Shown here: piece by piece, positions 40,068 to 49,909 of the stretch
Position numbering within the stretch: the first letter of the stretch is position 1
How the letters are laid out: each line of letters starts with the position of its first letter
NCBI GenBank assembly: GCA_017553325.1
Contig: JAFZMH010000003.1
Location: 14,640-78,639 of the forward strand
Source of the DNA: Clostridia bacterium
GTDB taxonomy: Bacteria > Bacillota > Clostridia > Christensenellales > CAG-917
Direction of reading: 5' to 3'
DNA length: 64,000 nucleotides
Notes under the pieces: generated by a model
What the model was told of the DNA's origin: nothing
Seen by the model: the letters and a program-made list of their open reading frames with translations, nothing else
The model's database searches: none
Program-made: the position numbers and the translations under genes

Positions 40068-42284
40068 ATGATTCTCGAAGGCGAAATCAAAGATTTGATT
40101 TTCAGGAGCGAAGAGACCGGCTATACCGTCCTCGATATGAGATGCGAGGACAGCCTTTTCACGGTCGTCGGTACGTTCCCGCCTTTGAGCGTCGGACAAA
40201 ACATAAAGGTCGACGGCAAGTTTCAGTCTCGCACTATCTACGGCAAACAATTTGTCGCGGACAAGATTTGGGTGTTCGAGCCAAACAAACTCGACGGCAT
40301 AAAACACTTTCTCGCAAGCGGGCTCATCTATGGGCTGGGACCGATTACGGCGCAGGCTATCGTCGACAAGTTCGGCGTGGACGCGCTGAACGCGATGAAC
40401 TATCCCGTAGAACTCGCCAAGGTCAAGGGTATATCTTTAAAACGCGCCACGGAGTTTTGCATGAGCTATGCAAAGCTTCAAAAGATGCAGGGCGCGATCA
40501 TGTTTTTGCAAAATCTTGGCATACCCATCAACCTCGCGCTCAAAATCTACAAGAAGTACGACGCGTTGACCGAGAGCAAGGTGCGCCAAAACCCGTATCT
40601 CCTCATTGACGACATCGCGGGCGTAGGTTTTCAAACCGCGGACAGAATTGCGGGGGAACTCGGCATCGCAAAGGACAGCGATTACAGAATTTGCGCCGCC
40701 GTCACCTATCTTTTGAAGGATGCGTCCGTCAAACTAGGGCACAACTATCTCCCGTACGAGGACTTGGTGAGAAGCGCGGTCTCGCTCCTCGCGCTCGACG
40801 AGGACGTTGAGTCGAGAGTCAGAGACAATATCTTTGATATGATTATGCTGGGCGACCTCGTCAAGTACGAGACCGCCGAGCACGTCGCGATTATGCTCAA
40901 AAACTCCTATCTCACGGAAAAGGCGATTGCAAACAAGCTTTTGCAACTCGCAACGGAAGCCGCAGATTTCAGGGTGAACGTCGACTACGAGATAAAGAGA
41001 TTTGAGAACGAACAGGGCATAACCTTGCACGAAAAACAGGTCGCCGCCGTCAAGGACGCAATCGAGAACGGCGTGCAGATAATAACCGGTGGCCCCGGTA
41101 CGGGCAAGACGACAATCGTCAAGTGTATTTTGCGCCTTTTCAAAAACCTGAACATGTCGGTTGCGCTCTGCGCTCCCACAGGACGCGCCGCCAAACGACT
41201 TTCGCAGGCGACGGGAGAGGAGGCAAAGACGATACATCGCCTCATCGAACTTGCTTGGGGCGACGACGAATTCGGCTCCGAGTTCGACCCCGATATAGAC
41301 TACAATCATCTCGTCGACGACGTAGTAATCGTGGACGAAGTGAGTATGGTGGACGAATACGTCTTCTGCGCTCTGCTTCAAGCGATGAAGCGCGGTTCAA
41401 GGCTCGTGCTCGTCGGCGACAAGGACCAACTTGCGTCGGTTGGCGCAGGCAACGTGCTCCACGACCTCATCGCGTCGAAAGAATTCAACGTGAGCTATCT
41501 CACTCAGATTTACAGACAGAGCGAGGAGAGCAAAATCGTCCCGAACGCGCACAAGATAAACGACGGCATTATGCCCGACCTCGACAACAAGAGCAACGAC
41601 TTCTTCTTTGAGGAGAGAAACAACGCCGAAGATATTTGCGCGTCCACGCTCGCGCTCGTCACTTCGAGGCTTCCGAAATATTTGGGCATCAGTCCCAAGG
41701 AGATACAGGTGCTCTGCCCCATGAAGCGGGGCTCAGCAGGCATATACAACATCAACCGCGAATTGCAAAAGTCAATCAATCCGCCGTCTAGGGACAAGCG
41801 GGAGGTCAAGCACGGAGATTTCATATTCCGCGAGGGCGACAAGGTCATGCAAGTCGTCAACAATTACGACCTCAGTTGGAAGCAGTTCGATGGTTTGGCG
41901 GTTGAATCGGGCAAGGGCGTCTTCAACGGAGACATCGGCGTCATCGAGAGCATCAATTCGCAGACTATGCAGTTTACCGTGCGTTTTGATGATGATAAAG
42001 TGGCTGTTTATGCAAGTGACAACCTGGACGAGCTCGTGCTTGCCTATGCCGTCACGATACATAAATCGCAGGGTTGCGAGTTTGACGCGGTGGTCATCGC
42101 GCTCGACGCGAACTATATGTTGCAGACGAGGAATCTCCTCTATACCGCAGTGACGAGAGCAAAAAAACTCGTCGTCATAACGGGCGCAAAGAGCACTATC
42201 GCACGCATGATACGCAACAACGAAACGGCAAGAAGATACTCCTTGCTCGTCGAACTCATCACGGATGAAGCAAAGAGAATGTGA
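40068..42284 (+). CDS. recD2: RecD2-type SF1B ATP-dependent DNA helicase
   Basis: Carries Walker A GGPGTGKTT, VDEVSMVD, and the N-terminal OB-like EGEIKDLIFRSEETGYTVL typical of RecD2. Start at MILEG (40068). Confidence 0.85.
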   Translation: MILEGEIKDLIFRSEETGYTVLDMRCEDSLFTVVGTFPPLSVGQNIKVDGKFQSRTIYGKQFVADKIWVFEPNKLDGIKHFLASGLIYGLGPITAQAIVDKFGVDALNAMNYPVELAKVKGISLKRATEFCMSYAKLQKMQGAIMFLQNLGIPINLALKIYKKYDALTESKVRQNPYLLIDDIAGVGFQTADRIAGELGIAKDSDYRICAAVTYLLKDASVKLGHNYLPYEDLVRSAVSLLALDEDVESRVRDNIFDMIMLGDLVKYETAEHVAIMLKNSYLTEKAIANKLLQLATEAADFRVNVDYEIKRFENEQGITLHEKQVAAVKDAIENGVQIITGGPGTGKTTIVKCILRLFKNLNMSVALCAPTGRAAKRLSQATGEEAKTIHRLIELAWGDDEFGSEFDPDIDYNHLVDDVVIVDEVSMVDEYVFCALLQAMKRGSRLVLVGDKDQLASVGAGNVLHDLIASKEFNVSYLTQIYRQSEESKIVPNAHKINDGIMPDLDNKSNDFFFEERNNAEDICASTLALVTSRLPKYLGISPKEIQVLCPMKRGSAGIYNINRELQKSINPPSRDKREVKHGDFIFREGDKVMQVVNNYDLSWKQFDGLAVESGKGVFNGDIGVIESINSQTMQFTVRFDDDKVAVYASDNLDELVLAYAVTIHKSQGCEFDAVVIALDANYMLQTRNLLYTAVTRAKKLVVITGAKSTIARMIRNNETARRYSLLVELITDEAKRM

Positions 42285-42285
42285 T

Positions 42286-43119
42286 ATGAAAGCGTCTGCG
42301 TTTTTCAAGCGAATATTCAAGGCGTTCGACGACGCGCTCTATCCGAAGGACATCACTTGCGACGCGTGCGGCGGCGAACTCGTGGCGGATACGAGATACC
42401 GTATCTGCGCCAAGTGTATGGAAAAGATGCCTCTCGTCTCAGGTCGCGTCTGCCTAGTCTGCGGCGCGCCGATAAAGGACGAGAGCGACTATTGTTTGAG
42501 ATGCCAAAGGCAGGAGAGTGCGTTCGAGCGTTCGCGCTCGCCCCTCGTATACGACGGCGTGGCAAAGCATCTCATCTATGAGATGAAATTCCTCGGCAAA
42601 AAGTATATCGCAAAGACGCTCGGCGCAATGATGGCGGACTGCTTTCTTGAAAACAGTATGCAGGCGGACGTCATAACCTTCGTGCCTATGACTAGGGAGG
42701 AGAAAAAGAAGCGCGGTTTCAATCAAGCCGAACTCCTCGCAAGAGAGGTGGGCGAGAGGTTGAATATCCCCGTTCTGCCCGCTCTGGTCAAGACGCGCGA
42801 GACCTCCGCTCAAAAGGAACTTACGAGAGCGGAGAGAGAAAAGAACTTGGAAGGCGCGTTCAAGTGTGTGTTCGACGAGGTGAGAAGGCTCAACGTCCTG
42901 CTCGTCGACGACATCTTCACGACGGGTGCGACTTCAAACGAGTGCGCGAAGGCGTTGCTTAAAGGCAAGGTCAAGAGCGTAAACGTTTTGACCGCAGCGG
43001 TCACCGTCTTGAAACTCGAACGGGAAGTCGCTCAGGACGAAAACGAAAAGCCCTCGAAACGTACGAGAAAAATCGAGAGGGACAAAAAAGAAGTCAAAAT
43101 CGAAATAATCGAAGATTGA
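42286..43119 (+). CDS. comFC: ComF family protein (ComFC-like phosphoribosyltransferase)
   Basis: Has an N-terminal 4-Cys zinc finger (CDACGG...CAKC; CLVCG...CLRC) and the PRT motif VLLVDDIFTTGAT. It also carries an unusual roughly 45-aa Lys/Glu-rich C-terminal extension. Confidence 0.8.
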   Translation: MKASAFFKRIFKAFDDALYPKDITCDACGGELVADTRYRICAKCMEKMPLVSGRVCLVCGAPIKDESDYCLRCQRQESAFERSRSPLVYDGVAKHLIYEMKFLGKKYIAKTLGAMMADCFLENSMQADVITFVPMTREEKKKRGFNQAELLAREVGERLNIPVLPALVKTRETSAQKELTRAEREKNLEGAFKCVFDEVRRLNVLLVDDIFTTGATSNECAKALLKGKVKSVNVLTAAVTVLKLEREVAQDENEKPSKRTRKIERDKKEVKIEIIED

Positions 43120-43208
43120 TAGGAATTTTAACGTATGATTAATATAAATACTTTATAGTCATACGCAATACAACAATAAATGAACAAAGTTCACCAAAAG
43201 GAGAAGAT

Positions 43209-45887
43209 ATGGCACTCTTTGACGAGAATAAATCACGTTTAAAGAAACTCAGAAAACTGGCTGAAAAAGTCGACGCGCTTGCGCCGAAATATCAGGCGAT
43301 GTCGGACGACGAACTCAAAGCTATGACTCCGGCGTTCAAAGAACGCCTGCAAAACGGCGAAAAGCTCGACGACATTTTGCCGGACGCCTACGCGGTTGTG
43401 CGCGAAGCGGCGGACAGAGTCTTGGGACTTCGTCCTTTCTTCGTGCAGATAATGGGCGGTATCGCCCTTCATCAAGGCAGAATTGCCGAGATGGCAACCG
43501 GTGAAGGTAAGACGCTCGTAGCGACGCTTCCCGCCTATCTCAACGCGCTTGAAGGCAAGGGCGTACACGTCGTCACGGTCAACGATTATTTGACCGTCCG
43601 CGACGCGCATTGGATGGGCAAACTTTACACGTTCTTGGGGTTGTCGGTGGGCATTATCGTTCCGGGGATGCACCCGCTTGTCAAGCAGAAACAGTATTCG
43701 TGCGACATAACCTATTGCACGAACAACGAACTCGGCTTCGATTTCCTCCGCGACAATATGATAACCTCGAAGGCGCAAAAGCTTCAAAGGGAGCTCAATT
43801 TTGCAATCGTCGACGAGGTCGATTCCATTCTCGTGGACGAAGCGAGAACCCCGCTCATCATTTCGGGCAGAGGGGACAAGTCCAACGAGATGTATCTCGT
43901 TGCAGACCGCTTTGCAAAGAAGTGCAAGGGCTTCGTCGTCAGCGAGCCCGACAGCAAACTCTTGAAAAAGCCGGAAGAAATCCCCGAGGACGTCGATTTC
44001 ACGATAAACGAGAAGGAAAGAACAGTTATGCTCACGGACAAGGGCGTAGCGGCGGCGGAGGCGTTCTTCAAGGTCGACAACTTGACGGACATCGACAACA
44101 TCGACCTCAACAACCATATTCAACAGGCGCTCAAAGCAAACTACATTATGAAGCGCGACATCAACTATATCGTCAACGAGGGCGAAGTGCTCATAGTTGA
44201 TGAGTTTACGGGCAGAGTTATGATCGGACGTCGTTTCAGCGAGGGCTTGCACCAAGCAATCGAGGCGAAGGAACACGTCGTCATCCGCGACGAAAATCGT
44301 ACGATTGCGACGATAACTTTTCAAAACTTCTTCAGAATGTACTCCAAACTCTCGGGCATGACGGGTACGGCAAAGACGGAAGAGGACGAATTTAAGGACA
44401 TTTACTCCTTGGACGTCGTGACCATTCCGCCAAACAAGCCGTCTCAAAGATACGACGAGCAGGACCAAATCTACACGACGGTTGACGGCAAGGTGACCGC
44501 TATCGTTCAAGACATCCTCGACCACCACGAAAAGGGGCAACCTATTCTCGTCGGCACCGTCAGTGTCGAAAAGTCCGAAAAACTCAGCGCGATATTGAAT
44601 AGAAAGGGCATTTGGCATCACGTACTCAACGCGAAGAATCACAAACAGGAATCTGCAATCATCGCGCAGGCGGGCAAATTTGGCGCCGTCACGATTGCGA
44701 CGAATATGGCGGGTCGTGGTACTGACATTATGCTCGGAGGCAACCCTGAATATCAGGCGAGACAAAAGATGGAAAAGGACGGCTATCCGCTTGAGATAAT
44801 CGAGGCGGCGGTCTCTCCGCTCAAGAGCGACGACCCGGAAATCATCAAGGCGAAAGAGGTCTTCAAACATCACTACGACGCATTCAAGGCGAATTGCGAC
44901 GCGGAGAAGGAGAAGGTCATCGAGGTCGGCGGTCTGCATATTATCGGCACGGAACGTCACGAATCAAGACGTATCGACAATCAGTTGAGAGGTCGTGCGG
45001 GACGTCAAGGCGACCCGGGCAGTTCGGTGTTCTACATCTCGCTTGAAGACGATATCGCAAGAATTTTCGGCGGAGACAGATTGAAAGCCGTGGCGACTAT
45101 GTTCAACCTTCCGCCGGATCAAGCTATCGCCAACAAGATGATAACCAAGCAAATCGAAAAGGCGCAACGCCTCGTCGAGGGCAGAAACTACGCCGCGAGA
45201 AAACAGGTGCTCAGCTACGACGACGTCATCAACGCGCAACGCGAAATCATCTATAAGGAACGCGCGAAGGTGCTCGACGGACTTGACGTACACGATCAAA
45301 TTCTCGATATGATCGACGACCTTGCCGAAGATATTATCGGCGCGCACGCCAACTATAAAGTGGACTATCAAACGTGGGACTACGACGCTTTCAATCAAGA
45401 ACTCGAACGCAGAATGCTCCCGGAGGGCACGAATCTTATGGACGTCGACCTCTGCTCCTGCTTCAACGTATACAAACTCAAAGAAGCGGCAATGGACATC
45501 GCACTCAAAGATTACGCTGCGAAGGAAGAGGACGCAGTCGCAAACGGTATCGATTTCAGAGCCGTCGAAAGACTCGTGCTTCTTAAGACCGTCGACACCA
45601 AGTGGATAGACCACATCGAGTCTATGGACGTGCTCCGCAGAGGTATAGGACTTAGAGGTCTCGGACAACGCGACCCCGTCATCGCTTATCGTCAAGAGGG
45701 CTGGGATATGTTTGACGAAATGGTCAACAAGATTCACGTCGACACGGCGTCGGTGCTTATGAAGATGCCGTATTACAGCGTGACCGCAGAGCAGAGAAAG
45801 CGCAAGGAGGAGCAAGCCGAGCGCGCGAGAAACGCCGCGATAAGCAAGGGAAATATGAAGTCGTTTGTGAGAAACAAGAAGCGTTGA
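43209..45887 (+). CDS. secA: preprotein translocase ATPase SecA
   Basis: Carries MATGEGKTLVATLP, DEVDSILVDEARTPLIISG and TNMAGRGTDI. Confidence 0.96.
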   Translation: MALFDENKSRLKKLRKLAEKVDALAPKYQAMSDDELKAMTPAFKERLQNGEKLDDILPDAYAVVREAADRVLGLRPFFVQIMGGIALHQGRIAEMATGEGKTLVATLPAYLNALEGKGVHVVTVNDYLTVRDAHWMGKLYTFLGLSVGIIVPGMHPLVKQKQYSCDITYCTNNELGFDFLRDNMITSKAQKLQRELNFAIVDEVDSILVDEARTPLIISGRGDKSNEMYLVADRFAKKCKGFVVSEPDSKLLKKPEEIPEDVDFTINEKERTVMLTDKGVAAAEAFFKVDNLTDIDNIDLNNHIQQALKANYIMKRDINYIVNEGEVLIVDEFTGRVMIGRRFSEGLHQAIEAKEHVVIRDENRTIATITFQNFFRMYSKLSGMTGTAKTEEDEFKDIYSLDVVTIPPNKPSQRYDEQDQIYTTVDGKVTAIVQDILDHHEKGQPILVGTVSVEKSEKLSAILNRKGIWHHVLNAKNHKQESAIIAQAGKFGAVTIATNMAGRGTDIMLGGNPEYQARQKMEKDGYPLEIIEAAVSPLKSDDPEIIKAKEVFKHHYDAFKANCDAEKEKVIEVGGLHIIGTERHESRRIDNQLRGRAGRQGDPGSSVFYISLEDDIARIFGGDRLKAVATMFNLPPDQAIANKMITKQIEKAQRLVEGRNYAARKQVLSYDDVINAQREIIYKERAKVLDGLDVHDQILDMIDDLAEDIIGAHANYKVDYQTWDYDAFNQELERRMLPEGTNLMDVDLCSCFNVYKLKEAAMDIALKDYAAKEEDAVANGIDFRAVERLVLLKTVDTKWIDHIESMDVLRRGIGLRGLGQRDPVIAYRQEGWDMFDEMVNKIHVDTASVLMKMPYYSVTAEQRKRKEEQAERARNAAISKGNMKSFVRNKKR

Positions 45888-45905
45888 TTTTGACAGAAAT
45901 AACAC

Positions 45906-45925
45906 TTTAACCGCACAGAATGACA
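45906..45925 (+). repeat. possible solo 5' remnant of an R element
   Basis: ttaaccgcacagaatg matches the R 5' end (aaaaccgcacagtttgg), but no matching 3' half follows. Confidence 0.3.
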
Positions 45926-45979
45926 ACGTAAACCCATTATAACGCAATATTAAATCAAAAAACAATACTGATTATCACT

Positions 45980-47089
45980 ATGATAGACTACAACGAACTT
46001 AGATACAAACTGAAAGATATGCGTGCCGAAATGGTGCGCGCCTACGAGAGCATAAACCCCGAAAAATGCCGTGCAAGAATAAAAGAGCTTGAAGAAATTC
46101 AGAACGGCGAAGGGTTTTGGAACGATACCGAAAATGCGAAAAAGGTGTCGAAAGAGATAAGCCAACTCACCAGCAAAGTCCAAAAGTTTGAAAAGATGAT
46201 TGCGCGTATCGACGATATGCTCGACACCGTCGACATCGTCGAACTCGAAAGCGACGAAGCCGAGGACGAAAACCTCGTGGCGGGAATAGACGAACTCGCC
46301 GAGCACGTCGAGAGCCTTTCGCTCTCCACTTTGCTTTCGGGCAAGTACGACGGACTCAACGCCATTCTCACTCTCCACGCAGGCGCGGGCGGAACGGAAG
46401 CGCAGGATTGGTGTTCTATGCTCTATCGTATGTACACTCGCTACGTCGAGCGCACGGGTTGGACGTATACCGAACTCGACTATCTCGCGGGAGACGAGGC
46501 GGGTATCAAGAGCGTCACGTTCAGAGTCGAGGGCGACAACGCTTACGGCTATCTCAAAGCGGAGAAGGGAGTGCACAGACTCGTTCGTATCTCTCCTTTC
46601 GACGCGAACGCAAGAAGGCACACCTCATTTGCGTCCCTCGAAGTTATGCCGGAAATCATTGACACGAGCGAAATCGAAATTCGCCCCGAAGATCTCAAGG
46701 TGGATACCTATCGTTCGTCGGGCGCGGGCGGACAGCACGTCAACAAGACGGAGAGCGCAATTCGTATCACGCACATCCCCACGGGCATAATCGTCGCTTG
46801 TCAAAACGAGCGCAGCCAAATCCAAAACCGCGAAGTCGCAATGCAGATGCTCCGCTCCAAACTCATAGAAAAGCGCGAGCGCGAACGCGAAGAAGAAGCG
46901 GCGGCAATCAGCGGGCAACTCAAAAAGATTGAATGGGGCAGCCAAATCCGCTCCTACGTCTTCTGCCCGTACACGATGGTCAAAGACCATCGCACCAACT
47001 ACGAGACGGGCAATGTCCAAGCAGTTATGGACGGCGATTTGGACGGGTTTATCAATGAGTATTTGAAGTTATCATCTATCCAAAAGTAA
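45980..47089 (+). CDS. prfB: peptide chain release factor 2 (single uninterrupted ORF)
   Basis: Carries the SPF tripeptide (RISPFDA) and GGQ (SSGAGGQHVNKT). The N-terminus aligns with RF2 from residue 1 without a frameshift. Confidence 0.9.
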   Translation: MIDYNELRYKLKDMRAEMVRAYESINPEKCRARIKELEEIQNGEGFWNDTENAKKVSKEISQLTSKVQKFEKMIARIDDMLDTVDIVELESDEAEDENLVAGIDELAEHVESLSLSTLLSGKYDGLNAILTLHAGAGGTEAQDWCSMLYRMYTRYVERTGWTYTELDYLAGDEAGIKSVTFRVEGDNAYGYLKAEKGVHRLVRISPFDANARRHTSFASLEVMPEIIDTSEIEIRPEDLKVDTYRSSGAGGQHVNKTESAIRITHIPTGIIVACQNERSQIQNREVAMQMLRSKLIEKREREREEEAAAISGQLKKIEWGSQIRSYVFCPYTMVKDHRTNYETGNVQAVMDGDLDGFINEYLKLSSIQK

Positions 47090-47093
47090 GTGC

Positions 47094-47215
47094 AACCGCA
47101 CAGGATTGCGCCTGACTTTGTCAGCTTTACGTGCGTTCGCCACCGTGTACGCTCATGTACACTGGGTGGCTCTCGTGCGCACCTTTCTTGTCATCCATCA
47201 ATCCTGAGCGGTTTT
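47094..47215 (+). repeat. R element copy R5
   Basis: Starts 4 nt after the prfB stop. Arms are aaccgc/gcggtt and ggattg (47103-47108) / caatcc (47199-47204); the second stem differs in sequence from gtttgg/ccaaac of R2 but still pairs. Confidence 0.75.
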
Positions 47216-47590
47216 AACGAATAGTTGTTCGGAGACGCGTCGGAGTCCCGACTTGCTCATTCGAAGACGGAACTGGAGCCGCAGGGTGGCGACCGCGTGA
47301 GTGTGTCCCGGCTGATACTCAGTACGCCTCGACTGCGATGCTTTGTTTTATTATCGCACAAAGAGGCGTGGCATAATGAGAGCACGATACCATTGAGGGC
47401 ACCGACGGGTCTTCCCGGAGCGGGTATAAAGCATTGTAGAGAATAGCAAGGTCAAAATGCGACCATATAGGTTTCCATAAACTAAGCATTTTGACTTGTG
47501 TTCGGTTCAGACGCGGTGGGAAGAACCATACGAAGGAGATAGGAAAACTTTATTTCGGGTTAGACGACGAAAACCCGCTTAGAATCACGA
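47216..47590 (+). repeat. L element copy A (conserved noncoding module forming the tsaD upstream region)
   Basis: See copy B at 6545-6830. It contains an extended -10-like TGgCATAAT (47369-47377), conserved as TGgTATAAC in copy B. A roughly 90-nt copy-specific insertion sits before the shared 21-mer. Confidence 0.6.
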
Positions 47591-47600
47591 AAAATAGATT

Positions 47601-48626
47601 ATGAATAATCTTCAAAACAAAGAAAACTTAATTGTTCTCGCAATAGAGTCGAGCTGTGACGAAACGGCGTGCGCAATCGTAAAAAACGGGCGGGAAGTGC
47701 TTGCAAACGTGATTGCAACACAGATTGAAATCCACCGCCGTTTCGGGGGCGTCGTGCCGGAAATCGCAAGCAGAAATCACACTCTTGCCATTGAAAACGT
47801 GGTCAAAGAAGCACTTGCTCAAGCAGATATGACCAAGGACGACGTTGACGCAATCGCGGTCACCTACGGCGCGGGACTTCTCGGGGCACTCCTTGTAGGA
47901 GTGAATTTTGCAAAAGGCTTGGCTTATGCCTGGCGCAAGCCGTTTTTTGCCGTATCGCACATTCGCGGGCATATCGCTGCGAACTATATTGACAGCGATC
48001 TTGAACCGCCTTATCTTTGCTTGCTTGCAAGCGGTGGACATACTGCCATTGTAAAAGTTGATGATTATGAAAAACTCGAACTTCTCGGGCAGAGCAAGGA
48101 TGATGCGGCAGGTGAGGCGTTTGACAAAGTAGCGCGCGTTTTGGGACTTCCATACCCAGGCGGTCCTGAAATTGAAAAACTCGCAAAGGAAGGCGAAGCA
48201 AAATTCGATTGCCCGCTTCCGCACCATACGAGCGAACTGTATTTCAGTTATTCGGGGCTCAAAACCTACGTTATCAACCTCGTGCACAATTTCGAGCAGA
48301 GGGGAGAGCCTGTGCCCAAGGCGGACGTCGCGGCGAGTTTCCAAAAAGCCGCAGTTGCGCAGCTCGTGGACGTTCTCACTCGTGCTATAGAGCAGACTGG
48401 CATCAAAAAGATAGCCGTTGCGGGTGGCGTGAGCGCAAACGCGCTTTTAAGAGCAGAGTTTGATCGCCTTGCAAAGAAGGGTTGCGACGTGCACTACCCA
48501 AAACTCAAATATTGCACGGACAATGCGGCTATGATTGGCGCGGAAGCCTATCAGCTCATTCGCTCGGGAGCGAATGAGGCTGAGCTCTCACTCGACGCCA
48601 GTGCTACGGTGAGCATCGTCGGATAG
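47601..48626 (+). CDS. tsaD: tRNA N6-adenosine threonylcarbamoyltransferase
   Basis: Carries LAIESSCDETACAIV, RRFGGVVPEIASRNH and the Kae1/Gcp family C-terminal region. Confidence 0.93.
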   Translation: MNNLQNKENLIVLAIESSCDETACAIVKNGREVLANVIATQIEIHRRFGGVVPEIASRNHTLAIENVVKEALAQADMTKDDVDAIAVTYGAGLLGALLVGVNFAKGLAYAWRKPFFAVSHIRGHIAANYIDSDLEPPYLCLLASGGHTAIVKVDDYEKLELLGQSKDDAAGEAFDKVARVLGLPYPGGPEIEKLAKEGEAKFDCPLPHHTSELYFSYSGLKTYVINLVHNFEQRGEPVPKADVAASFQKAAVAQLVDVLTRAIEQTGIKKIAVAGGVSANALLRAEFDRLAKKGCDVHYPKLKYCTDNAAMIGAEAYQLIRSGANEAELSLDASATVSIVG

Positions 48627-48654
48627 ACAAAATATTGGTAAAAAATTTTTTGAG

Positions 48655-48679
48655 GGGGATGCGGCGCGTCCCTTTTATT
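48655..48679 (+). terminator. intrinsic terminator after tsaD
   Basis: Sequence gggatgc ggc gcgtccc followed by ttttatt. Confidence 0.55.
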
Positions 48680-48791
48680 ATATTAAATATATTTACTTAC
48701 GGAATTTTTCAATATATACACAAGATTTTGTGCTTTTTGATTTTTGTCGACACAAGGGTAAAAAATTTTTGAAAATTCATTGAAATTTTGC

Positions 48792-48820
48792 TTGACTTTA
48801 TGTTGCAAAAATTGTAAATT
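48792..48820 (+). promoter_or_regulatory. sigma-70-type promoter for the S10 operon with A/T-rich UP-like region
   Basis: TTGACT (48792-48797), a 17-nt spacer, then TAAATT (48815-48820). A/T tracts (aaaaaatttttgaaaattcattgaaatttt) lie immediately upstream. Confidence 0.5.
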
Positions 48821-48923
48821 ATACGAGCGTGTCCAAAAAACACGTATTTTCCGTCGCGTCTGCGGCGGGTGAAAAAATAAAGACACACACGGACAAGTGT
48901 TATTAGTATTAGGAGGCTATATA

Positions 48924-49232
48924 ATGGCTGGTCAAAAAATTAGAATTAAACTCAAAGCGTACGATCACAATCTCATTGATCTCTCTGCTGAGAAAATCGT
49001 CGAGACAGTGAAGAAGACAGGAACAAAGGTTTCCGGTCCTATTCCGCTTCCCACAGACAAGGAAGTCATCACGATTTTGCGTGCTACTCACAAGTACAAA
49101 GATAGCCGCGAGCAGTTTGAACTCAGAACACACAAGCGTTTGATTGACATATTCAATCCGACGAGCAAGACGGTTGATTCTCTCATGAAACTCGACCTTC
49201 CCGCCGGCGTTGATATTTCAATCAAGCTCTAA
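48924..49232 (+). CDS. rpsJ: 30S ribosomal protein S10
   Basis: Sequence begins [18 protein letters not shown] 48924 follows GGAGG. Confidence 0.96.
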   Translation: MAGQKIRIKLKAYDHNLIDLSAEKIVETVKKTGTKVSGPIPLPTDKEVITILRATHKYKDSREQFELRTHKRLIDIFNPTSKTVDSLMKLDLPAGVDISIKL

Positions 49233-49259
49233 CGGAAATAAAAGGAGGATGAACTTTAC

Positions 49260-49895
49260 ATGGATAAAGCAATCATCGGTAAAAAGCTCGGTATGAGCCA
49301 AATCTTCACTCCTGACGGAAAGGTTATTCCTGTGACTGTTGTGGAAGCAGGTCCCTGCCCGGTAGTCCAAGTGAAGACAAAGGAAAACGATGGCTACGAA
49401 GCCGTACAAGTCGGCTTTGGCGCTATCAAGGAAACAAGAGTCAACAAGCCGGAAGCAGGACACTTCAAAAAGGCCGGCGTGACAGTCAAAAAGTACCTTC
49501 GTGAACTTCGTTTCGCAAACTGTGCAAACTTTACGCTTGGACAGGAACTGACCTGCGACATCTTCGCTGAGGGCGACAAGGTTGACGTCACCGGCACTTC
49601 AAAGGGCCACGGATATTCCGGTGTCATCCAAAGATGGAATTCTCAAAGAATCGGCTCCATGTCACATGGTACCGGTCCTATCCACAGAGCACCCGGTTCT
49701 CTCGGCGCTTGCTCATCTCCGTCAAGAGTTTTCAAGAACAAACACATGGCAGGTCAATGGGGTCATGAAAAGGTCACTGTTCAAAACTTGCAAGTCGTGA
49801 GAGTTGACGTGGCAAGAAATCTCCTTCTCGTCAAGGGCGCAGTCCCGGGGCCGAAGGGCGGACTTGTCGTCATCAAGGAATCCGTCAAGGGTTAA
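49260..49895 (+). CDS. rplC: 50S ribosomal protein L3
   Basis: Carries [29 protein letters not shown], in S10-operon order. Confidence 0.96.
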   Translation: MDKAIIGKKLGMSQIFTPDGKVIPVTVVEAGPCPVVQVKTKENDGYEAVQVGFGAIKETRVNKPEAGHFKKAGVTVKKYLRELRFANCANFTLGQELTCDIFAEGDKVDVTGTSKGHGYSGVIQRWNSQRIGSMSHGTGPIHRAPGSLGACSSPSRVFKNKHMAGQWGHEKVTVQNLQVVRVDVARNLLLVKGAVPGPKGGLVVIKESVKG

Positions 49896-49909
49896 TGCGG
49901 AGGTAGAAT

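Noticed and set aside
47216-47590. The L element as RNase P RNA, tmRNA, SRP RNA, 6S RNA, a T-box or a common riboswitch.
   Set aside because: It lacks GGAAAGUCC-type RNase P core, a tRNA-like 3' end or tag ORF, the SRP domain IV GGAAGCAGCC motif, and the T-box or specifier features. Two diverged copies in 41 kb, one without a downstream gene, also argue against these single-copy or cis-acting classes. This is a memory-based check only.
47491-47604. A 37-codon upstream ORF (TTG start) in L copy A whose stop overlaps the tsaD ATG (ATGA). It shares GKNHTKE plus a loosely similar hydrophobic pattern with the frame in copy B.
   Set aside because: The shared peptide derives from the identical 21-nt block. 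Downstream substitutions fall at all codon positions, there is no SD, and in copy B the frame has no plausible stop before the terminator. It is kept only as a remote possibility of translational coupling to tsaD.
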